NCBI RefSeq assembly: GCF_006345805.1
Contig: NC_043010.1
Location: 24,676,001-24,740,000, forward strand
From: Octopus sinensis
Taxonomy: Eukaryota
Reading direction: 5' to 3'
DNA: 64,000 nucleotides
This document shows, one piece after another, positions 25,040-38,338 of the stretch. Numbering within the stretch: the first letter of the stretch is position 1; the number at the start of each line of letters is the position of its first letter. Below the pieces are notes generated by a model that was not told the origin of the DNA, ran no database searches, and was given only the letters and a program-made list of their open reading frames with translations. The position numbers and the translations under genes are program-made.

Positions 25040-26480
25040 GGGTTCAAATTTTGGTACAAAGCCAATAATTTCGGAGTAATGGGTAAGTCAATTACATCGA
25101 TCCCAGTATTTGACTGGTACTTATTTTATCGAGCCCGAAAGGGACGAAAGACAAAGTCGACTTCGTCGGAATCTGAACTCAGAACGTGAAGACGAACGAA
25201 ATGCTGCCAAGAATTTCGCCCGGCGTGCTAACGTTTCTGCCAGCTCGCTGCTTTATACACTTATTATATATTAACATTACTAAGTAACGAAGAAGTCATT
25301 GTACAGTTACTCATCCCTGCTAAAAATAACAGCCAAATCTTCATTGAGTTATATCTCACCCCTTTAAATACTGTAGCTTCTAATGAATAAAAATAGTGGT
25401 GACAAATGATAAAACTACACTGATCACAGATCGATTTTATCGGTACAGATCTAGGTTAAATAATTTTTTTTTATAACAGCACAAAGTCCGAAATTTTGGG
25501 AAGGCTACGATCGATAAAATTGATTCCCAATAGTTGATTGGTATATTATTTTATCGAACCTACAATGATGAAAGACAAAACTGGCGTCAGTGGAATCTTA
25601 ATTCAGAACGCAAAGATCAGTAATTGAATACCGCAGAGTATTTAGTTCGATGTCCACTCTGACAATACTATCGCTCTGCCACCATGTCCTGGGTTCAGAA
25701 ACAATTACTACTAATAGAGAGACGAGGCCTGCAATTTTCAGTGAAGGGGCAAGCTTATAATACCGAACCTGGTACCGGACAAGTACTTTATTGAATCTGT
25801 AAGAATGAAAGATAATGATGGTCTTAGTGAGATTTGAACCCTTAACGGAAACAGCCGGAAGAAATACCGCAAGACATTTCTTCTGACACTCTAACGATTC
25901 TGATCTCCAGCGTAAATAGTAATAGAATTATTTTCTACTCTAAGCACAAGGCCCGAATCTTTTAAGGAGGGAGGGGAGTCGATTACATCGACCCCAGTAC
26001 GCAACTGGTACTTAATTTATTGACCCCGAAAGGATGAAAAGCAACGTCGACCTCGGCGGAATTTGAACTCAGAACGTAAAGACAAACGAAATACCTATTT
26101 CTTTACAACCCACAAGAGAGGACAAACAAGGACAGACAAACGCATTAAGTCGATTATATCGACCCTAGTGCGTAACTGGTACTTATTTAATCTACCTCGA
26201 AAAGATGAAAGGTAAAGTCAACCTCGGCGGAATTTGAACTCAGAACGTAACGGCAGCCGAAATACCGCTAAGCATTTCGCCCAGCGTGCTAATGTTTCTG
26301 CCAGCTCACCGCCCTAAATAGTAAAAGAATTACTACCAATTTAGGCAAAAGGTCTGGAATTTGTGGGATGAGGATATGGGGTTGCTCAATACCATTGAGC
26401 CTGAATGATAATTTATTTCATCGACCCCTGAAGGATGAAAGGCAAAGTTAACGCCAATGAGATTTGAACTTATGGACTCG
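25040..26480 (-). mobile_element. Cluster of ~5 SINE family B units, including a TSD-flanked dimer at 25931-26314
   Basis: Repeated family B heads and central domains. 18-bp direct repeat with 1 mismatch at 25913-25930 and 26315-26332. Confidence 0.85.
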
Positions 26481-27424
26481 AGTCTACTTCCCAAACCATC
26501 ACGTTATTATATGGATATTTGTAGAAGTGATACGCACGGCAAAATGCCAAACGAAACTTGCTATATTACATTGTAGAATTCCGTCTCTAATTCCTGAATT
26601 CACTTACGAAAGAGGAAGATTTCTATGTTTCACTACTGTAGGGTCAATAAAACATGAACCAATCCTGTAAAAATGAGATATAAATCAACTGACTTCTCCC
26701 TTATCATCCTCTTTCAAAACCGTAGCCATATGCTAATGGAAGGCGTCATTTGTATATTATTCAAGAAACACGTAAATATTGACCTCACCTAGGTATATTT
26801 TAGAAGTTTTTTTAAGAAAACAATAATCACTGTGTTCTTCTAACTCAGATTTATAAAAAGACAAACAAAAATTAGATGAAGGGAAGAAATGTGTACTATA
26901 TTATATAATTCGAATTTATTCTTTCAAAACCGGAAATACTGAACACGTTTTTTTCCCAAGGACAATTTTACAAATATCAGGTAAACGTTTGTTTATTTTC
27001 CCTTGACCTTGTGAAATCTGTAATTATTCCCTTACTTCAAAACTCACCCTCGGAATAATTAAGATGACTGCTTGAGTCATTTGGTGAGACAATGGGGACT
27101 GTTCTGCTCTCGACCTCCATACAAAACAACATACTGTCACGCTTACATGCATACACACACACACACGCACACGCAGTATTTAACCAATAAAATCGATCCC
27201 AGTATTTGTATTAATTTTTAAGTCTGACACAGTTTTTGCCAAGACCGCCAAGTAAGGGGACACACGAGAACCGGTTGTCACGCGGCTTGGGGACAAACAC
27301 GAAGACATGTACACATTTTAAATACGCACATACATATACACGTAAACGCATATAGAGATGTGTTATGTATATATATATTCACATATATGCATGTATTTAT
27401 GTGTACATATGTATATACATGTAT

Positions 27425-27493
<69 letters not shown>

Positions 27494-27499
<6 letters not shown>

Positions 27500-28354
27500 G
27501 CGATGAATATATTGTCGTCTAACTCACGCTGACGTCATCTCATTTCAATACATATATTTAACTCTGACACCTCATTTTAACAGATAATTTTACTAGAATT
27601 ACATTAAAATATCTTGAAATACTAACGAGTAAATTTATTCAATAAAATCACCATTGGCTTCAACCATGGCCTCCAGACAACTTCGGAATCTCCTGCAACT
27701 TTTCTGGACGGTCTGCTAGTTTAAGTTCGTGAATGCTGCCATAATCCTTGTTACAAAGAGTTTTGCTGGTATCTCGCTCAACTGCGCCCCATACATAACA
27801 ATAGTGGGGGTGGCAGTCTGGAGAGTTAGGTGTGATGTGGTCTCAAAAATTGTCTGGTAGCCATGACTGGGTTTTCCTGCTTGTGTGGCATGGTGCAGAG
27901 TCCTGTTGCCAGATATAGGGGTCTTCCAGCAGCCACCTCCTTGGCCCAGAACAGCACTACCTCCTCTAGGGACTTGATATAGGCCTCCGTATTGAGTGTG
28001 AGGCCAAGTGGGAAGATGAATGGAGGCATAACGTCACCATCACTAGTGATCACTCCAAAACAGTGTTTGGATGTTTGGATGTTTGATCTTTATCATTCTC
28101 GGTACATGTCCTCTGACTGCACTGCCGTCAGATTGACGTTCAAACACTATGTTTGTATTGGATCTTCCGGCGCGAATGCCAAGCAGTACAGCATGTCGTT
28201 TCCAAATTTCTAGCAGAGCGAATCAAATCATGAAGCTCTTTTTCTCACAGACGGTGCCCAACTAATCCTACTAGACGACAAAATTGAAAACAAACAATGT
28301 TCATGCTCGAAATTAAAAAATATGTAATGGTGACAATTTACCCATCGCACTCTG
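27494..28354 (-). mobile_element. Internally deleted Tc1/mariner (maT/DD37D-like) element with both TIRs
   Basis: TIRs (T/C)AG(G/A)GTGCGATG..ATTGTC with TA flanks. Protein pieces VITSDGDVMPPFIFP..LNTEAYIK and QQDSAPCHTSRKTQSWL. Confidence 0.85.
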
Positions 28355-28359
28355 TATAT

Positions 28360-28397
<38 letters not shown>

Positions 28398-28556
28398 GTG
28401 TGTGTGTGTGTGTATGTATATCTAGACACATATTTACATATATCTATATATGTTAAAATATATTCATATATATATATACATATCCCTATATATATACACA
28501 TATATATATACATATCCCTATATATATACACACACATATATATATATAATATATAC

Positions 28557-28602
<46 letters not shown>

Positions 28603-28884
28603 GTATACACACATACATATATATATATACTTATATATATATACACACATACATATATATATACATACATGCATATATATATACACATATAAATATATAC
28701 ACATATACATACATACATATATATACACATATATATATACACACATACATACATATATATACATATATATATACACATACATACATACATACATATATAT
28801 ACATATATATATACACACATACTTACATACATATACATACATACATACATGCATACATACATACATACATACATATAAATATAC

Positions 28885-29275
28885 GCAGGAGTGGCTGTGT
28901 GGTAAGTAGCTTGCTTACCAACTACATTGTTCTGGGTTCAGTCCTACTGCGTGGTGCCTTGGGCAAGTATCTTCTACTATAGCCTGAGACCCATCAAACC
29001 CTTGTGAGTGGATTTGGTAGACGGAAATTGAAAGAAGCCCATCATATATATTATATAAATATATGTATATGTTTGTGTGCCTGTTTGTCCCACCCACCAT
29101 CGCTTGACAACCGATCCTGGTGTGTTTACGTCCCGTAAACACACCGGTGCGGCAAAAGAAGCGATAGAATAAGTACTAGGCTTATAAAGAATAAGTCCTG
29201 GGGTCGATTTGCTCGACTAAAGACGGTGCTCCATGTTGGCCGCAGTCCAAATGACTGAAACAAATAAAAGAATAT
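28885..29275 (+). mobile_element. SINE family A, complete
   Basis: Full head, body and tail. Confidence 0.9.
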
Positions 29276-29292
29276 ATATATATATATATATA

Positions 29293-29567
29293 TTAGTAAC
29301 TCAGAACGTAACGGCAGACGAAATACCTATTTCTATTTCTTTACTACCCAAAAGAGGCTAAACACAGAGGGGACAAACAAGAACAGACTTAGGTATTAAG
29401 TCGATTACATCGACCCCAGTGCGTAACTGGTACTTAATTTATCGACCCCGAAACGTTGAAAGGCAACGTCGACCTCGGCGGAATTTGAACTCAGAACGTA
29501 GCGGCAGACGAAATACCGCTAAGCATTTTGCCCGGCGTGCTAACGTTTCTGTCAGCTCACCGCCTTT
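29293..29567 (-). mobile_element. SINE family B dimer, second unit truncated
   Basis: Head, central domain, Tx1-like tail, then the start of a second unit. Confidence 0.85.
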
Positions 29568-30284
29568 GCCGCCTTAATAGTAATAAAGGCGAATTCCGTG
29601 CATTGAAACAAATAAACGCCAAAGGTAATATATGTCACTAATAGAGTCTAATCCATCTGCTAATAGAGTCTAATCCTTCAGAAAGAAATAACACATAAAG
29701 AAATAACACATAAAAACAAAATCGGATGTAACTTTCACTGAGGACAAACAACATTAACAGATATAAATGCATGCGTGTATGTGCGAATATATATGTGTGT
29801 GTATATATATACTTTTCCTTACTTTTCCTCACATGATCATATTTCTTTTCTTTCCTGACTGTCCTAAGGACTGGATGTATCCTATCTCTCTCTTTTATCT
29901 TTTATCTTTTCAAAGAAAATATTTCTCCATCGTTCGCTATTCTACCCTCGTTCCGGTCTAACGATCCTCCATGTTTGTTTTCGTTCTATTTCCTTGTATT
30001 CTCCACTGTCCTGCTTATGTTCCCCATCCATAAATCCAAATTTTCATTTTGGTACTTAACGAAGCCACTGTCTTCGAGCACTCATATTGTCGTCCAATGC
30101 TCGAAATGAGGAGTAGATAGACAGCCGACATCTGATGAAGGGTCGTTCTTTGTGTTACTTGTCCTGTTTTCCATTTGTTTCTCTCGTTGTTTGCATATTG
30201 AACTCGTTTGTTTTCGTATTTCATTGGTTTACTGTTGGTGACGTCCTGTACCCATATATGCTTATGTATATGTGTGTATGTATG

Positions 30285-30340
<56 letters not shown>

Positions 30341-31200
30341 GGAGCCTACACAGCTGTATTTAAGGCAGAGATTCAATCATCTCGCTACAGTCAAAAATTG
30401 TGAAGCATGACTGTCACCACTACTACATGAACCTGAAAATTGCAGAATTTAATGCATGAAAGTACTAGTTCAATCAGAATAAACATTTAACATTCTATTA
30501 TTTTATTTTATTTTATTATATTATATTATCTTATATCATTATAAGATTGTAAATAAAACGTGAAAATCAGACAAGGTTGGAATTCCTTTTATTAATATAT
30601 ATATATATATATGCGCACACGCATACATACAGAGTGCGAAGGAGTGTTTGTGTGGGGGGGAGAGGGTGATGGCGCCAGCCGTCGTATTATAAGTATGCTC
30701 ATATGCTCAGGGCAGAGCATACACGTTGATCTTCCACATTCAGAAAAGCATAACTGTATCCTCACAAATATACATACAGCCATTCATTTATATACACATG
30801 CATAAAATTACTCATACAAATACATATACATAACATTATACGTTGTACCTAATACCAGAGTCCCCTATGTTACTACTTCAAAGAGATATCTTTAGAAATA
30901 ACTTGAAATACAGGACAGAAGTGAGAGGAGCTTGTATAAAAGAAATGTCACGGCTAGCTAAAAATACACTCCATCTTCTACATACTTAAGCAATAAAAAA
31001 TATAAATATTTATATATATTCATTAATATTAATACTTAAACATTAATGAATATTAATAAGTTCAACCCTGTGTGGTAAGAAGTTCACTTCCCAAAAGCAT
31101 GGTTCCGAGTTCAGCCCACGGCGTGACACCTTGGGCAAATGTCTTCTACTATATAGCCTCGTGCCGACCAAAGACTTATAACTGAAAGAAGCCCGTCGTA

Positions 31201-31265
<65 letters not shown>

Positions 31266-32184
31266 GTGTGTGAGGACGCATGGCTGCTGCACTCACGATC
31301 ACGGAATAGTGGTTTCAATTCCTAGGCTAGGTACTGCGTTGTGTTCATAAGCAAAACACTCCATCTGATGTTGCTCTGCGACCACTCGGACGCCTAATGC
31401 ATGGTACAAAGTACACCTGTTCAGGCAACGTCGATCTGATTGAGCTAATGTAGGGTCCATACATTTGATCCCTATAAAGAAATCATCTGCGCAGTTCGTT
31501 CAGTAATAGCTGAAAGCTCATACGTCGTCTTTGACGGGAGAGTCTATCATACATTTCTTGGCCCTCTCTTTAACTCCCACTATTTCCCACTCCTTTTTCT
31601 TTGTCTGTACCTTTTCTTTGTCTGTGATTCTTTTTCTAATCCTTCAATCCTGCTGCCCCCTACCCATCTCTCCTCCTTCCACGTGACCGGTGTCCGTCCA
31701 GCCTTGATCATTCTTTCCTGGCCTGACTGCCGACCGTCAACATCTCTTGCGTCCGTTTCTTATGTTCCTGCCTTTAGGCTTTCACTTCATAAACTCCAGC
31801 TCAATTTGATTTCCTTCTCAGTCAAGAGACACCAGTTGTTATTTCTTGTAGTTTCTATTCGTAATTGTGTAACATGTTCTCCATTTTTTTTTTGTTTGTT
31901 TGCTTTTTTGTCTTTGTTGCCGTACACATTTGCTCAGATAAATATGTGTCCATATTGCAGAAAACACTCCTTAGCTTAGACTTTGGTGATCGAACGATCT
32001 CAAGTGTAACTGCCCGAAATGGTCGTAACTGCTGATACTTGACTGAAGAAAGAAGGCCACGAATGGACCCCGCCTTTTTTGCCCTGTCCTATTTGTTATT
32101 TCTCTTGTCCGCCTTTGTATCGTCTATCTATCCGAACGTTTTAATGCCCTCTATTGCGTTTTGTTCCATTTATATATACATACA

Positions 32185-33402
32185 TACATATATATAACAA
32201 AAGTAAATAGACACCCAATAAAACTTCGTTCTATGCTTATTTTAACTTGAAAGGGTTTATATTTTGCATTAATTGACATATTTATTTATGTTTCAGGTTC
32301 CATATGTGACTGTTTAATCATGTCACGGACAAAAGAAACCTTGGAACTGTCCAAATTTCAAATAGGCCGTATTGTAGATCAATCTGAAGTTGGACTTAGT
32401 GTAAAATCACAGAAAACATTCGAATCCCACTTTCTACAGTTAATAGTGGTTGGTAAATTTACCACAGAGTCCACATCACCTTGCTTAGGTCGACCAGGAC
32501 CATCAGACAGGACCCTTTCCTTTGTTAAGAGAAGAGTGGAGGATAATCCTCGTTGCAAGGCCTCTGACATAGCAAAACATGTTGACATCAATCCCAGAAC
32601 AGCTGTCAGATATCTCCACAACTTGGCTAATATGGCAGAGCAGTAAGAAGGAAGCCACTTCTTCAACCAACCAATAGCAAGCGGAGAAAAGATTAGGCCA
32701 GTGAGATGGTGGAGAGACCACTAGCATTGGAACACTATCATATTCTCTAATGAACCCAAATTTGCTATATTTTTTGACATTGGTTGAGTGTGGGTCTGAA
32801 GACTGTGATCAAGAATTTGATGTGAAGATTGCAGCCAACAGTGAAACACGGCGGCTATTCTGTGATGGTCTGGGGAGCAATTTGGAGCAATGGTCGATCA
32901 GAGCTGCTGGAGTGAGAGGAAAACATAAACTCAGATAAATATGAGTCCATATTGCAGAAAAGACTCCTTCCAATTTCCTCTAGTGGTGAAATGATTGAAG
33001 AAGACTTTATTTATGGAAGATGGTCTCCTTGTCACACGGCTAAAAAGACGCAAGTTTGGTTGGAAGAGAATGACATTAAAAAGTTTCCATGGCCGCTTGA
33101 TATGAAACCTATTGAACACCTCTGGGGCATAATGGACATGACACTTCATAAAATGAACAAGGAAGCATCCTCAAAGCCAGATTACTGCATGAAACTTGGC
33201 AAGAAATTCCTCAAGAGAATATTCGTCATCTGATTCAGGAGCAAGCCTAATAGGGTCCTTGCACTGAAAAATGTAATGGGCATGTACACTAAACATTAGA
33301 TATTCACATTGTAAAAATTAATAAATAATTTGAATGTATAATTTCAGATTTACTTTAATTTTAACGAGTATATGGATGTCTATTTACTTCTGCCATGTCT
33401 GT
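32185..33402 (+). mobile_element. Degraded full-length Tc1 element
   Basis: MSRTKETLELSKFQIGRIV..GRPGPSDRTLSFVKRRVEDNP, ..SPCHTAKKTQVWLEENDIKKFPWP..PIEHLWG. Imperfect TIRs AAAGTAAATAGACACCCA / TGGATGTCTATTTACTTC. Confidence 0.8.
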
Positions 33403-33409
33403 ATGTATG

Positions 33410-33446
<37 letters not shown>

Positions 33447-33569
33447 TACGCATATACCGAGGTCGACTTTGCTTCTCATCCTTTTGGGGTCGATGAAATA
33501 AGTACCAGTTGAACAATACTTCAGTCTTTGTGTCTATAGTAAAAAGGATAATTATTTGAATAAATTAAA

Positions 33570-33950
33570 GCGGCGAGCTGACAGAAACGTTAGCACGCCG
33601 GGCGAAATCCTTAGCGGTTTTTCGTCTGCCGCTACGTTCTGAGTTCAAATTCCGCCGAGGTCGACTTTGCCTTTCATCCTTTCGGGGTCGCTTAAATAAG
33701 TACCAGTTGCGCACTGGAGTCAATGTAATCGACTTAATCCGTTTGTCTGTCTTTGTTCTCTCTGTGTTTAGCCCTTGTGGGTAGTAAAGAAATAAGTATT
33801 TCGTCTGCCACTACGTTCTGAGTTCAAATTCCGCCGAGGTCGACTTTGCCTTTCATCCTTTCGGGGTCGATGAAATAAGTACCATGTAATCGACTAACCC
33901 CCTTCCACCCAAATTTTCAAGGTCTTGTGCCTAGAGTAGAAATAATTATT
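33570..33950 (+). mobile_element. SINE family B dimer
   Basis: Two central domains joined at AAAGAAATAAG|TATTTCGTC, ending ..GTGCCTAGAGTAGAAA. Confidence 0.9.
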
Positions 33951-34394
33951 AGAATGTTTCTATTGTCGAACCAGTTAAGGAAAACGTTCATTTAGACCTT
34001 CCTTTCAGCTCCCACCAAATCGACTTCGCTTATTTCTTTTTCTTTTGATAAAATAATTACAAATCGTGATAATTAAGTCGATTATAACGACAATATGTTC
34101 TTCACACACACATACACACCGTCTCCCATCCCCTATTAATATACTGCCTTTGTGTTTGTTAAAAACTTACATTGCCTTAATCTAACTTAATCTAACTCCC
34201 CAAACATTGTCTTAATCTAACTCCCCAAACATAATAATACAGAGAAATTCACACTAAATGAAAAAGGGAAAACAAATTTTTTAAAGCAATTATCTCCCTT
34301 ACACCGGAAGAAATCACGCACTACCTTCCCTTATTTAGAACTCTCCGTAGCAAAAAAACAAGGATAACGCTATTAAAGATAAACATTACGTCGC

Positions 34395-34433
34395 AAGAAA
34401 TTTGAAGAGCTAAATGCGAAACCGGTCTTTCTT
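34395..34433 (+). ncRNA. Slightly decayed minimal hammerhead in a PLE-like fragment ending in (TA)n
   Basis: AAGAAA-T-TTGAAGA-GC-TAAAT-GC-GAAA-CCGG-TC-TTTCTT. 6-bp stem I and palindromic ACCGGT stem III. Confidence 0.55.
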
Positions 34434-34686
34434 TAAAAATTATAAAATTATGTCATTATAAGAAAGGAAAAATTTTTTTCCAGTATTCTCCAGACATATT
34501 GACGCAAATATATATATTCTTTAACATTTAAGCCTTCTGTTTTTTTCACTCTTTACTATTTCTATATATTCACCCACGTGCTTCACAAACAAACTTTCTT
34601 ATCTATATATATTATATATACATATATATACATATATATATATACATATAATATACATATATTATATATACATATATATATATATA

Positions 34687-34737
<51 letters not shown>

Positions 34738-34740
34738 CAT

Positions 34741-34776
<36 letters not shown>

Positions 34777-34780
34777 CACA

Positions 34781-36535
34781 AACACCAATCCAACTGACTT
34801 CTTTACCCTGCAGATACAAAATCAGAGGCGGCGACGATAGATTACATCGATATAAAGGAAGACGATGTAATAAAGGCTATAGATGAAATGAAAACAGACT
34901 CAGCTACTGGCCTCGATGGATTCCCGGCAATCTTCCTAAAAGTATGTAAGAGAATCCTAGCAAGACCACTGCAGTTCCTCTTTCAGAGTTTCCTTGCAGC
35001 TGGCAAACTTCCAAGAAAACTGAAGGAAGGTAAAATATGCCCTATTCATAAAGGAGGTAGCAGAGCGGAGGCCAAGAACTACAGACCTATCTCTCTGACC
35101 TCACACATCAGCAAGGTCATGGAACGAATAGTCAGAAGGAAACTGATCACCTTCCTTGAAGAAAATGACTTGCTGCCTGACACCCAACATGGTTTCCGAC
35201 CAGGAAGAAGCTGCTTAACTCAGCTCCTACAACACTATGACTGGGTGCTGAAACGACTGCTCAACCACTCAAATGTGGAAGTCATATATCTCGACTTTGC
35301 AAAGGCCTTTGATAAAGTCGATCATGGAATGATATGTCACAAACTGCGTGATCTTAGCATAGTTGGAAAACTGGGAGAATGGCTTCATGACTTTCTGAAA
35401 GATAGAAGTCAGGTGGTAGTAGCGAATAGTGAATAGTGAGCGATGTTCCGCAGGGCACTGTTTTGGGACCACTACTGTTCATAATGGCCCTCTCAGACAT
35501 GCCCTCAGCCACGCAGAGAGCCACGATCACAAGTTATGCAGATGATACAAAAGTTTCACAGGCAATACAGAACCCTGAGGACGCTAAACGTCTGCAATGT
35601 GAGCTGGACAAAATATGCAAGTGGGCTGAAAAGAATAGCATGCAGTTCAATGCTGAAAGGTTTCAAGCTTTATACTATCAGCATGCAAAACTAAATGCAA
35701 TACCCAATGAATACACTGGACCCGGAGGAATTGCAATCCCAGAGGCACAATCAGTGCGTGACCTGGGTATTTATATGAGTGATGACGCAACCTTTCGTGT
35801 ACATGTTGCTAAATTAACAATGAAATGTAGACGACTGGCCGGATGGATTCTCAGAACCTTTAGAACAAGAGAACAAGAAACCATGATGGTCCTCTGGAGG
35901 ACACTTGTCCTTAGCCACTTTGACTATTGCTCTCAGCTGTGGTCACCATCCAGTGTCAAGTTGATCACAGAACTTGAGGCGATCCAACGTAGCTACACGA
36001 AGAAGATAGCCTCTGTGCAGAATATAAGCTACTGGGAAAGACTCAAGAGATTAAAACTCTACTCCTTGGAGCGTAGGCGAGAAAGATATGCCATAATATA
36101 CATCTGGAAGATCCTGGAGGGACTTGTCCCAAACTTTGGCATCGAGAGTTACACAAATGCCAGAACTGGGCGCCACTGCGTGGTGCCTAGGACTCCAAAT
36201 TTGCCATCAAGATGTAGGACAAGATACTGTGATAGCCTGGGCTTCCGAGGCCCACAGCTCTTCAATATCCTCCCGAAGAACCTCAGAGACCTGCATGGGG
36301 TGGATGCAGATGTCTTTAAAAGGAAACTGGATCTCTTCTTGTCAGGATCCCAGATAACCAACTTCACGGCAGGAGGAGGTGCACAGAGGCAGCTGCATCG
36401 AACTCTCTCATGCACCAAATGTCAGTTGCTAAAACGCATTCGTGAAGTAAAACCATGTAGCAACACCAAATGGCGGTGACCCAGCATGGCCACAGCTCGT
36501 GAGCTGAAACTAGAATCAATCAATCAATCAATCAA
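34781..36535 (+). mobile_element. CR1/L2-group LINE, 5'-truncated, RT largely intact
   Basis: ORFs 34888-35436 and 35436-36479: NYRPISLTSHISKVMERIV, QHGFRPGRSCLTQLL, YLDFAKAFDKVDH, VPQGTVLGPLLF, YADDTK. (AATC)n tail. Confidence 0.92.
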
Positions 36536-36543
36536 TATATATA

Positions 36544-36581
<38 letters not shown>

Positions 36582-36595
36582 TATATATACATATA

Positions 36596-36695
36596 NNNNN
36601 NNNNNNNNNNNNNNNNNNNNNNNNNNNNNNNNNNNNNNNNNNNNNNNNNNNNNNNNNNNNNNNNNNNNNNNNNNNNNNNNNNNNNNNNNNNNNNN
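36596..36695. other. Assembly gap (100 N)
   Basis: Direct inspection. Confidence 1.
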
Positions 36696-36838
36696 GCTCG
36701 TTCTCAAAGATGGCATCAAGTGCGCCAATGTGCGACCGTACAAGCGCATAGGAGCGCACGAATTCCCGTCTCTTTCGCTCCATCTGAGCCGCTGTCCTCT
36801 TGTAGCCGTTGTTCTTCAGCACGGCTGCAATCACCTCG
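36696..36838 (-). CDS. Myb/SANT-like (trihelix-type) DNA-binding domain fragment, cut by the gap
   Basis: EVIAAVLKNNGYKRTAAQMERKRREFVRSY..ALDAIF fits IAxxLxxxGYxRTxxQCxxKxxxLxxxY. GC/CpG-rich. Preceded by CCCTAG. Confidence 0.45.
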
Positions 36839-36879
36839 CTAGGGCTATCTATATATGTTTATGCGACTATATATTTAGA

Positions 36880-37660
36880 GAGATTGAGAAGGCGAGAGAG
36901 GAAAGATTGTGACAGGGAGAGGTGGAGGAGTGAAGAGACAAGGGAAGATTGAATGGCTGAAAGAAGAGAGATGGGAAGGTGAGAGAGGAAAGATTGTGAC
37001 AGAGAAAAGTGGAGAAGTGAAGAGACAAGGGAAGATTGAATGGCTGAAAGAGGAGAGATGAGAAGGTGAGAGAGGAAAAGAATTGTGACAGGAGAAGTGG
37101 AGAAGTGAAGAGCAAGGGAAGATGAATGGCTGAAAGAAGAGAGATGGGAAGGTGAGAGAGGAAGATTGTGACGAGAGAAGTGGAGAAGTGAAGAGACCAG
37201 GGAAGATTGATGGCTGAAAGAGGAGAGATGAGAGGTGAGAGAGGAAGATTGTGACAGAGAGAAGTGGAGAAGTGAGAGACAAGGGAAGATTGAATGGCTG
37301 AAAGAGGAGAGATGAGAAGGTGAGAGAGGAAAGATTGTGACAGAGAGAAGTGGAGAAGTGAAGAACAAGGGAAGATTGAATGGCTGAAAGAAGAGAGATG
37401 AGAAGGTGAGAGAGGAAAGATTGTGACAGAGAGAAGTGGAGAAGTGAAGAGACAAGGAAGATTGAATGGCTGAAAGAGGAGAGATGAGAAGGTGAGAGGA
37501 AAGATTGTGACAGAGAGAATTGAGAAGTGAAGAGACAAGGGAAGATTAATGGCTGAAGAGGAGAGATGATAAGGAGAGAGAGGAAAGATTGTGACAGAGA
37601 GAAGTGGAGAAGTGAAGAGACAAGGGAATGGCTGAAAGAGGAGAGATGAGAAGGTGAGAG
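36880..37660 (+). repeat. ~87-bp purine-rich tandem repeat, about 9 units
   Basis: Unit GAAAGATTGTGACAGAGAGAAGTGGAGAAGTGAAGAGACAAGGGAAGATTGAATGGCTGAAAGAGGAGAGATGAGAAGGTGAGAGAG; 29-aa periodicity in the minus-strand ORFs. Confidence 0.9.
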
Positions 37661-37765
37661 ATTATATATATTTATATATATATATATATATTTATATATG
37701 TATATATTTTATATATATATATATATATATGTATGTATATATACTATATATTAATATTATATATA

Positions 37766-37820
<55 letters not shown>

Positions 37821-37866
37821 ATATTATATATTTATATATAATATACAATTTATATAATATATATAT

Positions 37867-37899
<33 letters not shown>

Positions 37900-37917
37900 A
37901 ATATATATATATATATT

Positions 37918-37976
<59 letters not shown>

Positions 37977-38098
37977 ATATTTATATATATAGATATATAT
38001 ATTTATATATATTTTATATATATATTATTTATATATATATATATATATATTATATAAATATATAATATATATATATATATAAATATATATATATATAT

Positions 38099-38300
38099 CT
38101 CCCTTCTCATCTCTCTCTTTCAGCCCTTCAATCTTCCCTGTCTCTCATTCTCTTCTCCACGCTTCTCTCTGTCACAATCTTTCCTCTCTCCTCATCTCTC
38201 TCATCTCTCCTCTCTTTCAGCCATTCAATCTTCCCTTGTCTCTTCACTTCTCCACTTCTCTCTGTCACAAATTTTCCTCTCTCACCTTCTCATCTCTCAT
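38099..38300 (-). repeat. Inverted copy (~2 units) of the 87-bp repeat
   Basis: Reverse complement of the 36880-37660 unit, across a (TA)n tract. Confidence 0.85.
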
Positions 38301-38338
38301 CGGAGGTACGCAGATGTTGTGCGTGCCACAAACCGCAA

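Noticed and set aside
30050-30160. Hammerhead-like words (GAAA..GTA..CTGATGA) in a pyrimidine-rich PLE-like segment
   Set aside because: I could not draw consistent stems I-III in any topology. It may be a decayed pLTR.
31985-32085. CTGAAGA flanked by two 8-bp hairpins
   Set aside because: There is no correctly placed GAAA or stem III, so it is not supportable as a ribozyme.
36880-37660. Regular array as a CRISPR or a repeat-protein gene
   Set aside because: Units are contiguous with no unique spacers, the context is eukaryotic, and several frames are open only because of strand-biased composition.
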